Assembly: GCA_023818965.1 (NCBI GenBank)
Contig: JAMWCD010000003.1
Location: 126,533 to 190,532 of the forward strand
Source: Candidatus Omnitrophota bacterium
GTDB lineage: Bacteria; Ratteibacteria; UBA8468; B48-G9; DTJG01
Direction of reading: 5' to 3'
DNA length: 64,000 nucleotides
Below are positions 48,638-58,309 of the stretch, in pieces. Position 1 is the stretch's first letter. Each line of letters opens with the position of its first letter. The notes beneath the pieces are model-generated. The model was given only the letters and a program-made list of their open reading frames with translations. It was not told where the DNA came from and did no database searches. Position numbers and translations under genes: made by a program.

Positions 48638-48643
48638 ATTTTT

Positions 48644-49030
48644 ATGGCTGACGGACAGATAAAAACTATTCTTGTTGCTGAAGATGACCCTGAAACACGG
48701 CTGATACTTCAACAGGGACTGGTACGTGCTGGATACCGGGTTATTATTGCTGAAGATGGAGAACAGGCACTTGAAAGATTTCGTGAATATAAACCCGACC
48801 TTGTGCTTCTTGATGTTGAAATGCCACGATTGAATGGCTGGGAGGTTCTTGAACGGCTTAAATCAGGCTGGCGAAGCAGGAAAGTTCCAGTAATGATGGC
48901 GACTGGAAAGACATCTGATGAAGATAAAATCAAGGGTTATGAAATGGGTGTTGATTATTATGTAACAAAACCATTCAATATTCAGAGATTGCTTCCAATC
49001 ATCAGAAATCTTGTTTCAGGGGTTAAATAA
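48644..49030 (+). CDS. stand-alone response regulator receiver (CheY-like)
   Basis: ILVAEDD, LLDVEMP (phospho-acceptor Asp), MMATGK (Thr) and VTKPF (Lys). No output domain. The start is taken as ATG 48644 rather than the track's TTG 48566. Confidence 0.85.
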   Translation: MADGQIKTILVAEDDPETRLILQQGLVRAGYRVIIAEDGEQALERFREYKPDLVLLDVEMPRLNGWEVLERLKSGWRSRKVPVMMATGKTSDEDKIKGYEMGVDYYVTKPFNIQRLLPIIRNLVSGVK

Positions 49031-49045
49031 TTCCTTAACTGAAAA

Positions 49046-49819
49046 ATGAAAATATGCCTGTGCCAGTATAGCATCATCTGGGAAAACAAGCAGAAAAATA
49101 AAGAAAAAATTGAAAATCTTTTTGAAAAATCCATCCTGAAAAATGTTAACCTGATTGTGTTTCCTGAAATGAGTTTGACAGGTTTTTCGTTTAATAAAAA
49201 CATTACTCAGTTAACTGATGATGATTTTGAATTTTTTTCTAACATCGCAAAAAAATACAGTTCGTATGTCAGTTTTGGCGCTCTTAAAAATGGTAAAAAT
49301 GTTTGTATTACAGTCAATCCAGAAGGAAAAATAATTTCACAAACTGGTAAAATTCATCTTTTTTCTCCGTCAGGAGAACACAAACAGCATAAAGATTCTT
49401 CAAAGGTACATCAATTTGTTCTTGGAAAAACAAGGATTACTCCTTTTATTTGTTATGACCTGAGATTTGCTCCACTGTTCTGGATATACGCAGAAAATAC
49501 AGATATTTTTCTTGTTCTTGCAAACTGGCCTGAATCAAGAAAAACACACTGGAAAATTTTACTTCAGGCAAGGGCTATTGAAAACCAGGCATATGTTGCT
49601 GGCATTAACAGAACTGGTATTAGCCCTGATAATAAATATTGTGGAAATTCATGTGTCATTGATCCGTGGGGAAAAATTATTCTTGATGCAAAAAACAAAG
49701 AAGGAATTTTTGTGTGTGATATTGAACAAGAAAATGTTTCTAAGATACGAAGTGAATTCCCTGTGTTGAAAGATAGAAAAAGATTTATTGAGTATGCAAA
49801 AAAGGTAGATAATGGTTAA
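49046..49819 (+). CDS. carbon-nitrogen hydrolase family protein (YafV / omega-amidase-like)
   Basis: FPEMSLTGF (Glu), GKIHLF (Lys) and ICYDLRF (Cys) form the nitrilase-superfamily triad. Confidence 0.8.
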   Translation: MKICLCQYSIIWENKQKNKEKIENLFEKSILKNVNLIVFPEMSLTGFSFNKNITQLTDDDFEFFSNIAKKYSSYVSFGALKNGKNVCITVNPEGKIISQTGKIHLFSPSGEHKQHKDSSKVHQFVLGKTRITPFICYDLRFAPLFWIYAENTDIFLVLANWPESRKTHWKILLQARAIENQAYVAGINRTGISPDNKYCGNSCVIDPWGKIILDAKNKEGIFVCDIEQENVSKIRSEFPVLKDRKRFIEYAKKVDNG

Positions 49820-52097
49820 AAAATGGCATATTTCAGTAAACAATTTCCCTGCCGGAAAAAAAGAGTTTCCGTGCAGGGTTAGTATTCCATTAGAAAAAGA
49901 TCAAAAAATTGAATCTTTTTCGGTAAAAAGACCTGATGGTTCAATTGTGCCTGCTCAATCAAGGACTCTGGTAAGATACAGCGATGGTTGTTCAAGATGG
50001 ATTCAAATTGACTTCACAGGTAATGGAAATGGAACATATATTATTGAAGGTAGCCCTTTTGTCAACAAAATTTCAAACATTCTTATTGTGAACCAAACAC
50101 CTGAAGGATATTTTGTACAAACAAAAAATCTGTGTGTGAAAATAGGGAAAAAGGGATTTCCTGTTCATTCCATCATTTACAAAAATAAAAAAATTCTGGA
50201 TGATGAAAACTGGTGTAAATACAATGTTAATGCCGCAGATAAGGTTTTTGAATTTGTGAAAGAAGGGGACTTAATTATTGAAAGCAGCGGTCAGAATAGA
50301 TTTCAGGTTATGTGGAAAGGAAAACTTATAAATACACAGACAGAAGAAAAACTGCTTGATGTAAAATGCAGGATAGAATTTCTCGCTGGAATAGAGGGCT
50401 TTTCTCTATCATTTCAGTTTTTCCATTTGCTTGAAAAAAAACCATTTATTGACATATCAAAAATTTCATGTGATTTTCTTTTCCCGCTTGTGAATGATAA
50501 CATTGTGCTTGTTCAGGAACACTATGGAAATCTTGGGGAAAAGAAAATCATTGAAACAAAAAACAGTGTTGAAGTATTTCTTGATAAAACAAATTTCAAG
50601 CCATTTGTGAAAGACCCTGCAATACTTGGAGATTTCTTCGAATATCCTGTGTTTTTAAGAAACCTGAATCAGGTTGTTGGCGAAGTATTCTGTTTGAAGA
50701 AAAACGAAATGTGTGTGTTATCAACCATGCGAGATTTCATACATCACAGACCGAAAAGGGTCATTGTTCGACCAGGAAAAATCAGTTATGACATATGGCC
50801 ATCATTTGCAGGAATACTTAATCTACAGCAAGGAATGTCTTACAAAACCATATTTGATTTTCGCTTTTCCGATGAATCTGAAAGTAAAGAATTTTTAGAC
50901 CATTATGAAAAAACATATGTTGAACCTGTTTTTTGCTTGATTGAACAATCTGATTCAAAACAGGCAGGTGCAACCTGGCACCAGCAATATCTTTTTCCTG
51001 AAAAAGATAAAACAGCAGGTATATTTTCATATTTACTCTCACGTGCAACTATGAGTTTTCATACAATTTCTGAAATGTTTCATTATGGAGATACACCTGA
51101 TGAAGGTTATACTCAATATTATGCTTCTCAAAATAGATTCCCACCTGAAATGAAAAAATCCGGTCTACTGCTTAATACATCAGGAGGTATTTACGAAATT
51201 AAATCAAATCTTGAACCTGTGTGGTCAAACAATGAATACGATGCAATATACTGTCTTGCACTTGAAACATTAAGGACAAAAAATCCTGTGGTATTGAAAA
51301 GGTTGATATCTGCAGCCCGACATCAAATAGAAGTCGATTTTGTCCATTATTCAGACTACTGGCAACAACATCACTCAACTCCACAGCATGCTTATGGTCA
51401 CACAAGAACAATGTCTTCTCTCCCGAGTCATCAATGGACACAGGGTCTTTACCATTACTACATTATGACAGGCGATGATGACGTACCAGAAGTGATTAAA
51501 GCAATCTGCGACTATGATGCAACATATTTTGATAAAACACATTTTAAGTTTAATAACTTTTTCAACAGGGAATATGGATGGGCAATCCTTGCACTTGTTT
51601 ATGGTTATGAAACAACAGGTTCTCAATCATATATTGAAAAAGCAGCCAGTATGATAAAGGAACTTGAGAAAAATACTTCTGAAGATGAAAAAAAGAATGC
51701 CTTTGGAATTGGATTTGCACAAAATACTGTTTTACTTGGTCTTATGGCTTACCATCAGGCAACAAAAGAAAAATGGGCAAGAAAACTATTTCTTCAATGG
51801 GTTAATTATGGAATGAAAAATTTTGAAGACCATAAATACGGACCGAGGGTAACAGAATTATTTATTGAACCTCTTGTATATGCATACTATCTCACTCAGG
51901 ACAAAAAATATCTTGAAAAAAGTTTCTGGCATTTTGAACTTTTTTTTAAATCATGGAACAATATGACTTGGCTTTCAGGAGATGTACTGACAACAAAAAA
52001 ATATGCAAGAGTTTACAGGGGGCTTGTGCATTTTGTTTCTGCCTGCTATCATGCAAATCTTTTAAAAAAACTTGAAAAACTGGTATTTCATAAATAG
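49812..52097 (+). CDS. hypothetical 761-aa protein; possible PcRGLX/YetA-like (RIFT barrel + beta-sandwich + alpha/alpha toroid) polysaccharide-active enzyme
   Basis: The N-terminus FPCRVSIPLEKDQKIESFSVKRPDGSIVPAQSRTLVRYSDGCSRWIQIDF resembles, from memory, the N-terminal barrel of that family. The helical C-terminus contains EYGWAILALVYGYETTG. No signal peptide. Confidence 0.3.
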   Translation: MVKKWHISVNNFPAGKKEFPCRVSIPLEKDQKIESFSVKRPDGSIVPAQSRTLVRYSDGCSRWIQIDFTGNGNGTYIIEGSPFVNKISNILIVNQTPEGYFVQTKNLCVKIGKKGFPVHSIIYKNKKILDDENWCKYNVNAADKVFEFVKEGDLIIESSGQNRFQVMWKGKLINTQTEEKLLDVKCRIEFLAGIEGFSLSFQFFHLLEKKPFIDISKISCDFLFPLVNDNIVLVQEHYGNLGEKKIIETKNSVEVFLDKTNFKPFVKDPAILGDFFEYPVFLRNLNQVVGEVFCLKKNEMCVLSTMRDFIHHRPKRVIVRPGKISYDIWPSFAGILNLQQGMSYKTIFDFRFSDESESKEFLDHYEKTYVEPVFCLIEQSDSKQAGATWHQQYLFPEKDKTAGIFSYLLSRATMSFHTISEMFHYGDTPDEGYTQYYASQNRFPPEMKKSGLLLNTSGGIYEIKSNLEPVWSNNEYDAIYCLALETLRTKNPVVLKRLISAARHQIEVDFVHYSDYWQQHHSTPQHAYGHTRTMSSLPSHQWTQGLYHYYIMTGDDDVPEVIKAICDYDATYFDKTHFKFNNFFNREYGWAILALVYGYETTGSQSYIEKAASMIKELEKNTSEDEKKNAFGIGFAQNTVLLGLMAYHQATKEKWARKLFLQWVNYGMKNFEDHKYGPRVTELFIEPLVYAYYLTQDKKYLEKSFWHFELFFKSWNNMTWLSGDVLTTKKYARVYRGLVHFVSACYHANLLKKLEKLVFHK

Positions 52098-52102
52098 TGG
52101 TA

Positions 52103-53296
52103 TCAACTGCTGGTCAATATGGAATAAAGATCTTTGCCAAAAACTGTCTTTTGCCATTTTTTCAAACAGGTATTTTTTTCAATATCCTGGATTGTTCTCA
52201 CATCCATTGAAACAAGGGAATCAATCTGCTGGTGTGAAAGAATGAGATGTGGTTGTATTCCCAGTAATTTTGCTTTTTCAAGCCGCCACAGGTGAAGATT
52301 TTCTGACCTTTTCAAACATTCATTTGAATATACTTTCTTTTTATGAATGGTTTTATTTTTGACAGGTTTGTTCCTTGCGTTTTTTATTATTTCAAGAATT
52401 TCTGGGATGTGTTTTTGAATCATCCTGCAACGAACAGTAAGATCCCTGAGTTTTTTTATATCAGGATGTTCCATTGTGGCAATTTTGAATATTGTTTCTC
52501 TGTCAAGAATTCTGAAAGGTGGTATATCCTTTTCCTTTGCTATGTTTTCTCTAAACTCAATTATGGCTTCTACGATAGGAAGATATTTTTTGGGAATTTT
52601 TCCTGTGCCTTTGATTGATTTTATTTTTTTCTTCTCATAAATTACTGATTCCGTAAGCAATTCACACTCTTCAATGACCCATTCAAATCTATTTTTTTCA
52701 TTCAATTGTTTTTTCAATATATCAAAAAGGGGAAGCAAATACTTTGTGTCAGAAATAGCATACTGTATCATTGCTGGCGGTAATGGTCTTATTGCCCAGT
52801 TGCTTTTCTGATATTTTTTTTCAAGGTGAATACCAAAGTTTTTCTCAACCAGTGATGAAAGACCTGTCTTAGTTTCACCTGTAAAACTTGCTGCAATTTG
52901 AGTGTCAAAAAGATTTCTGATTTGAATACCAGCACATTTGTAAAACATTTCTATGTCATAATATGCTCCGTGAAGAACTTTCCTGATACGGGCATTTGAA
53001 AATACTTCATCAATGTCTGAAATATTTTTTATTAAAAGGGTATCCACAACGTAATTTTCTTTTCTCGTTGAAATTTGCATCAGGCATATTCTCGCATGAT
53101 AACTGTAAAGGGAATTGCTCTCTAAGTCAACAGCAATCTCTTTTTCGTTTCTTAATTTTTTTATCAGATCATGGAGTTTTTCTTCTGTATCAATCAAATG
53201 AAAACCATATTCCGAATCATCCTTTGCAATAGCATTTTTACCATTTAACCATTTTGACATTACGCTGGCACAATGTTTTATTATTTTTTTAATCAT
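52103..53296 (-). CDS. rnd: ribonuclease D
   Basis: DEDDy exonuclease motifs (IAVDLESNS, HGAYYDIEMF) and a C-terminal HRDC-like region. Confidence 0.8.
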   Translation of the reverse strand: MIKKIIKHCASVMSKWLNGKNAIAKDDSEYGFHLIDTEEKLHDLIKKLRNEKEIAVDLESNSLYSYHARICLMQISTRKENYVVDTLLIKNISDIDEVFSNARIRKVLHGAYYDIEMFYKCAGIQIRNLFDTQIAASFTGETKTGLSSLVEKNFGIHLEKKYQKSNWAIRPLPPAMIQYAISDTKYLLPLFDILKKQLNEKNRFEWVIEECELLTESVIYEKKKIKSIKGTGKIPKKYLPIVEAIIEFRENIAKEKDIPPFRILDRETIFKIATMEHPDIKKLRDLTVRCRMIQKHIPEILEIIKNARNKPVKNKTIHKKKVYSNECLKRSENLHLWRLEKAKLLGIQPHLILSHQQIDSLVSMDVRTIQDIEKNTCLKKWQKTVFGKDLYSILTSS

Positions 53297-53730
53297 TCTT
53301 CCAGAGGTGCATCTTTTAAATACAGTGAATCAAGATAACTCTGAAGGATAATCTGGGCAGCAAGTTTATCTCTGATCTTTTTTCTTTTTTTCCTGCTGAT
53401 ATCAGCAAGGAGTAATATATTTTCTGCTTCAACCGTCGTCATTCTCTCATCCCAGGGAACAAACTCCACAGGAATCAGTTGTTTCAGTTTTGTAATAATG
53501 GAAAGCATCTTCTCTGCCCTGCTGCTTATAGAACCATCATTTTTTAAGGGAACTCCATAAACAATTCTCCCAACATTATATTGCTTCACAAGTGCTTTTA
53601 TTCTTTCATGTTCTCTTCCATCAACATCAATTGTACCAAGTCCTCGTGCAACAGTTCTGAATTCATCACTGACAGCAACACCTATTCGTTTTTCTCCAAG
53701 ATCAAGACCCAGAACTCTGGTGCTGTTCAT
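53293..53730 (-). CDS. ruvX: Holliday junction resolvase-like protein RuvX (YqgF)
   Basis: VLGLDLGEKRIGVAVSD, 145 aa. Confidence 0.9.
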   Translation of the reverse strand: MNSTRVLGLDLGEKRIGVAVSDEFRTVARGLGTIDVDGREHERIKALVKQYNVGRIVYGVPLKNDGSISSRAEKMLSIITKLKQLIPVEFVPWDERMTTVEAENILLLADISRKKRKKIRDKLAAQIILQSYLDSLYLKDAPLEE

Positions 53731-54916
53731 ATGAGTAAATTTTTGAAGTGATGGTTAATGCCTGCCAGACTTCCTTTACATCATGAACCCTGAATATTCT
53801 TGCCCCATTTATGTAACCTGAAACACAACTGGCAATTGTTCCTGAAATTCTTTTCTCAGGAGGAATATTTCCTGTAAATTTTCCAATGAAGGATTTTCTT
53901 GATGGGCCAAGTAAAACAGGTAGTCCAAAACAAGTAAATTCCCGCAATCTTCTGATAATACAAAGATTATCTTCAGGCAATTTTCCGAAACCAATGCCAG
54001 GGTCAATAATAATTCTGTCCCTTGTGATACCATGCTGTGTTGCAAAATCAATTCTTTCATAGAAAAACTCACAAATTTCACCAATCAAATCATTATAAAC
54101 AGGATTGTTTTGCATATCCTGCGGGGTTCCTTTCATATGCATCAAAACAATTGCACATTTTTTTTCTGCAATAAGTTGTACAAGTTTTTCATCCCTTCTT
54201 AATGCGTAAATATCATTGATGATATCTGCCCCTTCATCAAGGGCACGTTCAGCAACAGAAAATCTTGAGGTATCGCAGGAAATCAGGCATTTTACTTTTT
54301 TTCTCACCCTTTTTATCACCGGTATGACCCTTTTTATTTCCTCTTCTTCATCAATGGGCTTTGAACCGGGTCTGCTTGATTCTCCACCAATATCAATAAT
54401 GAAAGCCCCTTCAGATTCCATTTCAACTGCTCTGTTTACCGCATGTTCAATATTATCAAAATACTTGCCGCCGTCAGAAAAAGAATCAGGAGTAACGTTC
54501 AATATTCCCATAACCATAAAATCATTGATGGAAATGGTTCTGTTTGATATTGAAAAAGTCATTGCTGGATGCTGGTAATTTTCAATTGCTTCAAGAATAT
54601 CATGGCCGAGTTGCTTAAGATTGAAAAACTGGTTTTCAAGTTTTTCAGCAAGTTTTTGATATTGTTTGACATTTGCCATAATAATCACATCAACAATTTT
54701 ATTTTCAAGATTTAATACCGAATAGGGTATTGCTGCATCTGCACCAATAGCAAGGCATTCCTGTTTTAATACATTTGCCTGTTTTACATTCACATCAGAA
54801 ATTTTCACACAGAAATGCCTTGATTTTGGCTCCATCAATTCAATACCAGCAGGATGAACATCAATTTTCTGAAATTCTTGTTTTATCGTGGAAGGAGTAA
54901 GGACTCTGATATTCAT
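53702..54916 (-). CDS. folP: dihydropteroate synthase with about 130-aa N-terminal extra domain
   Basis: MGILNVTPDSFSDGG and IIDIGGESSRPG start at about residue 135. The preceding domain is not recognised. Confidence 0.85.
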   Translation of the reverse strand: MNIRVLTPSTIKQEFQKIDVHPAGIELMEPKSRHFCVKISDVNVKQANVLKQECLAIGADAAIPYSVLNLENKIVDVIIMANVKQYQKLAEKLENQFFNLKQLGHDILEAIENYQHPAMTFSISNRTISINDFMVMGILNVTPDSFSDGGKYFDNIEHAVNRAVEMESEGAFIIDIGGESSRPGSKPIDEEEEIKRVIPVIKRVRKKVKCLISCDTSRFSVAERALDEGADIINDIYALRRDEKLVQLIAEKKCAIVLMHMKGTPQDMQNNPVYNDLIGEICEFFYERIDFATQHGITRDRIIIDPGIGFGKLPEDNLCIIRRLREFTCFGLPVLLGPSRKSFIGKFTGNIPPEKRISGTIASCVSGYINGARIFRVHDVKEVWQALTITSKIYSYEQHQSSGS

Positions 54917-55566
54917 TTCATACTTTTCAGAAGTGCTTTTCTGTAATCTTCTGCTTGTAAATTTTCAATTCCCTGAATTTCTTTTTCAGTAAAATACCTG
55001 ATTTTTCCGACCATCATTCCTATTACCTGCATTTTTGCTGTCTCCTCAGTTAACCATGCCCGCGCAAATGCTTCTTTCAGTGTTTCGCCAACACTCACTG
55101 CTCCGTGATTCTTTAGAAGAACCACATTATATTTTTTTATTTTTTCAACAACCGCCTCTCTTATTTCTTCTCCTGCAGGAATGACATATTCAACCATAGG
55201 AATTTCCCTGCCCAGAATTGCAACAAAATCAGGATAAAATGGCTTTAATCCAATGCCTGCTGATATCAAACCAAGTGTAAAGGGAGGATGCGTGTGAATC
55301 ACTGCTTTAATATCTGGTCTTGTTAGATAACAACCCAGATGCATTGATATTTCACATGTCGGTTTTAATTTGCCATATTGTTTACCTGTTTTTATATTGA
55401 CTTTTACCCACTGATTCAATTTTATTTCATCAAGTGCAAATCCACTCGGAGATAAATAAACAAAATCTCCAGACCTTGCACTGATATTTCCACCAGGTCC
55501 AGCAGCAAGATTTTTTTCAATAATCAGTTTTCCGTATTTCTCAAGTTCCTTTCTAATATCCTCCAT
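54913..55566 (-). CDS. class II aldolase/adducin family protein
   Basis: GPGGNISAR and IHTHPPF metal-binding histidines. Confidence 0.8.
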   Translation of the reverse strand: MEDIRKELEKYGKLIIEKNLAAGPGGNISARSGDFVYLSPSGFALDEIKLNQWVKVNIKTGKQYGKLKPTCEISMHLGCYLTRPDIKAVIHTHPPFTLGLISAGIGLKPFYPDFVAILGREIPMVEYVIPAGEEIREAVVEKIKKYNVVLLKNHGAVSVGETLKEAFARAWLTEETAKMQVIGMMVGKIRYFTEKEIQGIENLQAEDYRKALLKSMK

Positions 55567-55580
55567 TCTATAAACTCCTT

Positions 55581-56786
55581 CTATTGAACAATTTTGATTT
55601 TTCCAAACTTTCGTTTTCCTACTTTAATAACCTTACCATCTGGTTCAATGTCCTGATTTACATCAGTAATAGATTTTCCATCAACTTTTACAGCATTCTG
55701 GATGACCATCCTTTTCGCTTCTGACTTTGACGGCACAAGTCCTGATAAAAATAAAACATCAACGATATTTGCCTTTTTGCCTCCGAGTTTTGATACAGGT
55801 ATTTTAATTACTGGAATTTCTTCAGGAATTTGTTTTTCTTTAAAAACCCTGTCAAACGTTTTTTCTGCCTTTTCTGCCTTTTCATCACCAAAAAATTGAC
55901 CTACTATAGTTTTCGCAAGATACGCCTTTGCCTGCCTTGGATTCTCTTTGATTTTTATGGCAAATTCATTCATATCAATATCAGTAAGTAATCTTGCATA
56001 TTGCTCCATCAAACTATCCTGTATTGACATAATCTTGCCGAACATATCTTCAGCCGTTGTGGAAACAGGAATGTGGTTTTTATATGATTTGCTCATCTTC
56101 AGTTTTCCATCTGTTCCAACAAGTATGGGCATTGTGATAACAACCTGTTTTTCCTGCCCAAAAAACTCCTGAAGGGCTCTACCTGCAAGAAGATTGAATT
56201 TTTGCTCTGTTGCCCCTATTTCAATATCTGATTCAAGTACCACAGAATCGTATCCCTGAAACAGTGGATACATAAATTCATGGAAATAAATGGCTTTTCC
56301 TGATTTGTATCGGGATGTAAAATCATCCCTTTCAAGTATCTGGGCAATTGTGAAGCATGACGCAATTTTTATAAATTCTTCAATGGTTAATATTCTCAGC
56401 CAGTTTCCATTATACACAAATTCTGCCCTGTTAACATCAAGAATTTTACTGACCTGTTCAACATAGTTTTCCAGATTTTTCTTGACCTCTTCTCTTGAAA
56501 GAATTGGCCTTGTTTCATTTCTACCAGTAGGGTCTCCAATCATTGCTGTAAAGTCGCCGATAAGAAAAAACACTTTGTGCCCGAGTTCCTGAAATTCCTT
56601 AAGTTTCCTTATGACAACAGTATGACCAAGATGTATTTCAGGACTTGTAGGGTCAATGCCATACTTAATTTTCAATGGTTTTCCTGTTGAAAGACATCTT
56701 TCAAGTTTTCTCTTTAATTCGCTTTCCTCAATAATTTCAACAGTATTTTTTTTGATAATTTCAAATTGCCTGTCAATCTCCTTCAT
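55581..56786 (-). CDS. tyrS: tyrosine--tRNA ligase
   Basis: HLGH (HIGH), GDFTAMIGDPTG, KMSKS and a C-terminal S4-like domain. Confidence 0.95.
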   Translation of the reverse strand: MKEIDRQFEIIKKNTVEIIEESELKRKLERCLSTGKPLKIKYGIDPTSPEIHLGHTVVIRKLKEFQELGHKVFFLIGDFTAMIGDPTGRNETRPILSREEVKKNLENYVEQVSKILDVNRAEFVYNGNWLRILTIEEFIKIASCFTIAQILERDDFTSRYKSGKAIYFHEFMYPLFQGYDSVVLESDIEIGATEQKFNLLAGRALQEFFGQEKQVVITMPILVGTDGKLKMSKSYKNHIPVSTTAEDMFGKIMSIQDSLMEQYARLLTDIDMNEFAIKIKENPRQAKAYLAKTIVGQFFGDEKAEKAEKTFDRVFKEKQIPEEIPVIKIPVSKLGGKKANIVDVLFLSGLVPSKSEAKRMVIQNAVKVDGKSITDVNQDIEPDGKVIKVGKRKFGKIKIVQ

Positions 56787-56848
56787 AATCTTCTCCTTTA
56801 CAATTACAATATTTTACCCAAAAAACGATTTTTTGAAAACCTTTCATA

Positions 56849-57502
56849 TTAGTTTTTCTTTGTTAAAAAATGTTTTACAGTCAAAAAATCAATGTTCTTG
56901 ATAATCAAATCCGCTTCAGAAAGAAAATGTTCAGGTAGCATTGAAGCAATCGCTATACATTTCATTCCAGCCGCCTTTGCTGCTTTTATTCCTGCTGGTG
57001 AATCTTCAATGACAGCACAAAAAAATGTCGGAATATTAAGTTTTTCTGAACATTTCAGATAAATTTCAGGGGATGGTTTTGGCTGTGATATGTCCTGAAA
57101 TCCCAGGATAACAGAAAAATATTCTGTTAGTCCTGCCTTTTTCAGTAAATTGTTAATAAATCTTTTATCTGAATTTGATGCAACAGCAAGGATATAATGT
57201 TGATGAAGTTGCTTTATAAATTTATCCATCCCTGGTAAAATTTTTGCTCCATTTTCAGAAATTTCAAGAAGTTTTTCTCTTTTTTCAGAAATCAACTGCT
57301 CGATACCAAAATTTTCAGGGATTTTCTTTTCATTTTTTAGTTTCTTAAGAAAGTCAACGTCTGAAATTCCTATTCCTTCAAGATAATATTTTTCTTCAAC
57401 AATAATGTGATAATTTCCAAAAACTTTTTCCCATGCCTTTTTATGAAGAACCTCAGAATCAAAAATCACACCATCAAGATCAAAAATTACTGCCTTTATC
57501 AT
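56849..57502 (-). CDS. HAD-superfamily hydrolase (beta-phosphoglucomutase-like subfamily)
   Basis: MIKAVIFDLDGVIFDSE, ASNS and EDSPAGIKAAKAAGM. Confidence 0.8.
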   Translation of the reverse strand: MIKAVIFDLDGVIFDSEVLHKKAWEKVFGNYHIIVEEKYYLEGIGISDVDFLKKLKNEKKIPENFGIEQLISEKREKLLEISENGAKILPGMDKFIKQLHQHYILAVASNSDKRFINNLLKKAGLTEYFSVILGFQDISQPKPSPEIYLKCSEKLNIPTFFCAVIEDSPAGIKAAKAAGMKCIAIASMLPEHFLSEADLIIKNIDFLTVKHFLTKKN

Positions 57503-57529
57503 TTTAATGATCCTTTCAGGGGGTTTTGT

Positions 57530-58309
57530 CTAATGAGTTAAAAGTTTTGTGATTCTCAAGAAGTTATTGGAAAATATTGCACATGTAGCATTTTCTGAAA
57601 GCCGTTCAAAAATAACTCCATGAACATAAACAGCAGGGTTATTGATTGGATAATCAGTACCAAAAATGATTTTTTGATACGATGCTATCTCCACTGCCTT
57701 TTTTAGCATGCCATATCTATCAATACCTGTGCCTGAAATATCTAAATAAAGATTTTTTATTTTTTCAACCAGATTAATTCGTTCGAGAAATTCTTTTCCC
57801 TGACCTGGATGTGCAAGAACAAAATTGATACCGGGGATTTTCCTGCACAGGTTTTCTATTACAGGGATACTTGCACAATGAAAGTTGACCACAACTTTGA
57901 ATTTTGAAGCAATTTTCATTATTTCAATCATATTATTTGAAACATAATCATCAGGATATCCCATCAGATACCCAACAAGTTCACCAATCCATCTCACATC
58001 ATGATTTTTACAGCATCGTTCTATTTCCCTGCATGATTCATCAGGAAAAGCTGGATGTATTTGCATACCAGGAATGTAAAAGTCAGGAAATCGATCTCTT
58101 ATGGAAAGGGCACAGTCATTCAGTTTTTTTATTTCTTCAAAGGACTTCGGAATTTTTGCAACAACAATACTACCGCATGCTTTTGAAATTCCTGCCCGTT
58201 TCAAATCATCAAACTGTTTTCTGATTGTACCGGATTTTTTGTACCAGCAAAAATCAGTTTCTCTATCAACTGCTGGATGGATGTGGCAATCAATAATCTG
58301 TCTATCCAT
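57530..58309 (-). CDS. amidohydrolase-family TIM-barrel metal hydrolase
   Basis: IIDCHIHP N-terminal metal motif, internal HCAS/AHPG histidines and TDYP near the C-terminus. Confidence 0.7.
   Translation of the reverse strand: MDRQIIDCHIHPAVDRETDFCWYKKSGTIRKQFDDLKRAGISKACGSIVVAKIPKSFEEIKKLNDCALSIRDRFPDFYIPGMQIHPAFPDESCREIERCCKNHDVRWIGELVGYLMGYPDDYVSNNMIEIMKIASKFKVVVNFHCASIPVIENLCRKIPGINFVLAHPGQGKEFLERINLVEKIKNLYLDISGTGIDRYGMLKKAVEIASYQKIIFGTDYPINNPAVYVHGVIFERLSENATCAIFSNNFLRITKLLTH

Noticed and set aside
56787-56848. Looked for a T-box leader upstream of tyrS.
   Set aside because: The spacer is only 62 nt, which is too short for a T-box. It has no specifier or antiterminator structure.
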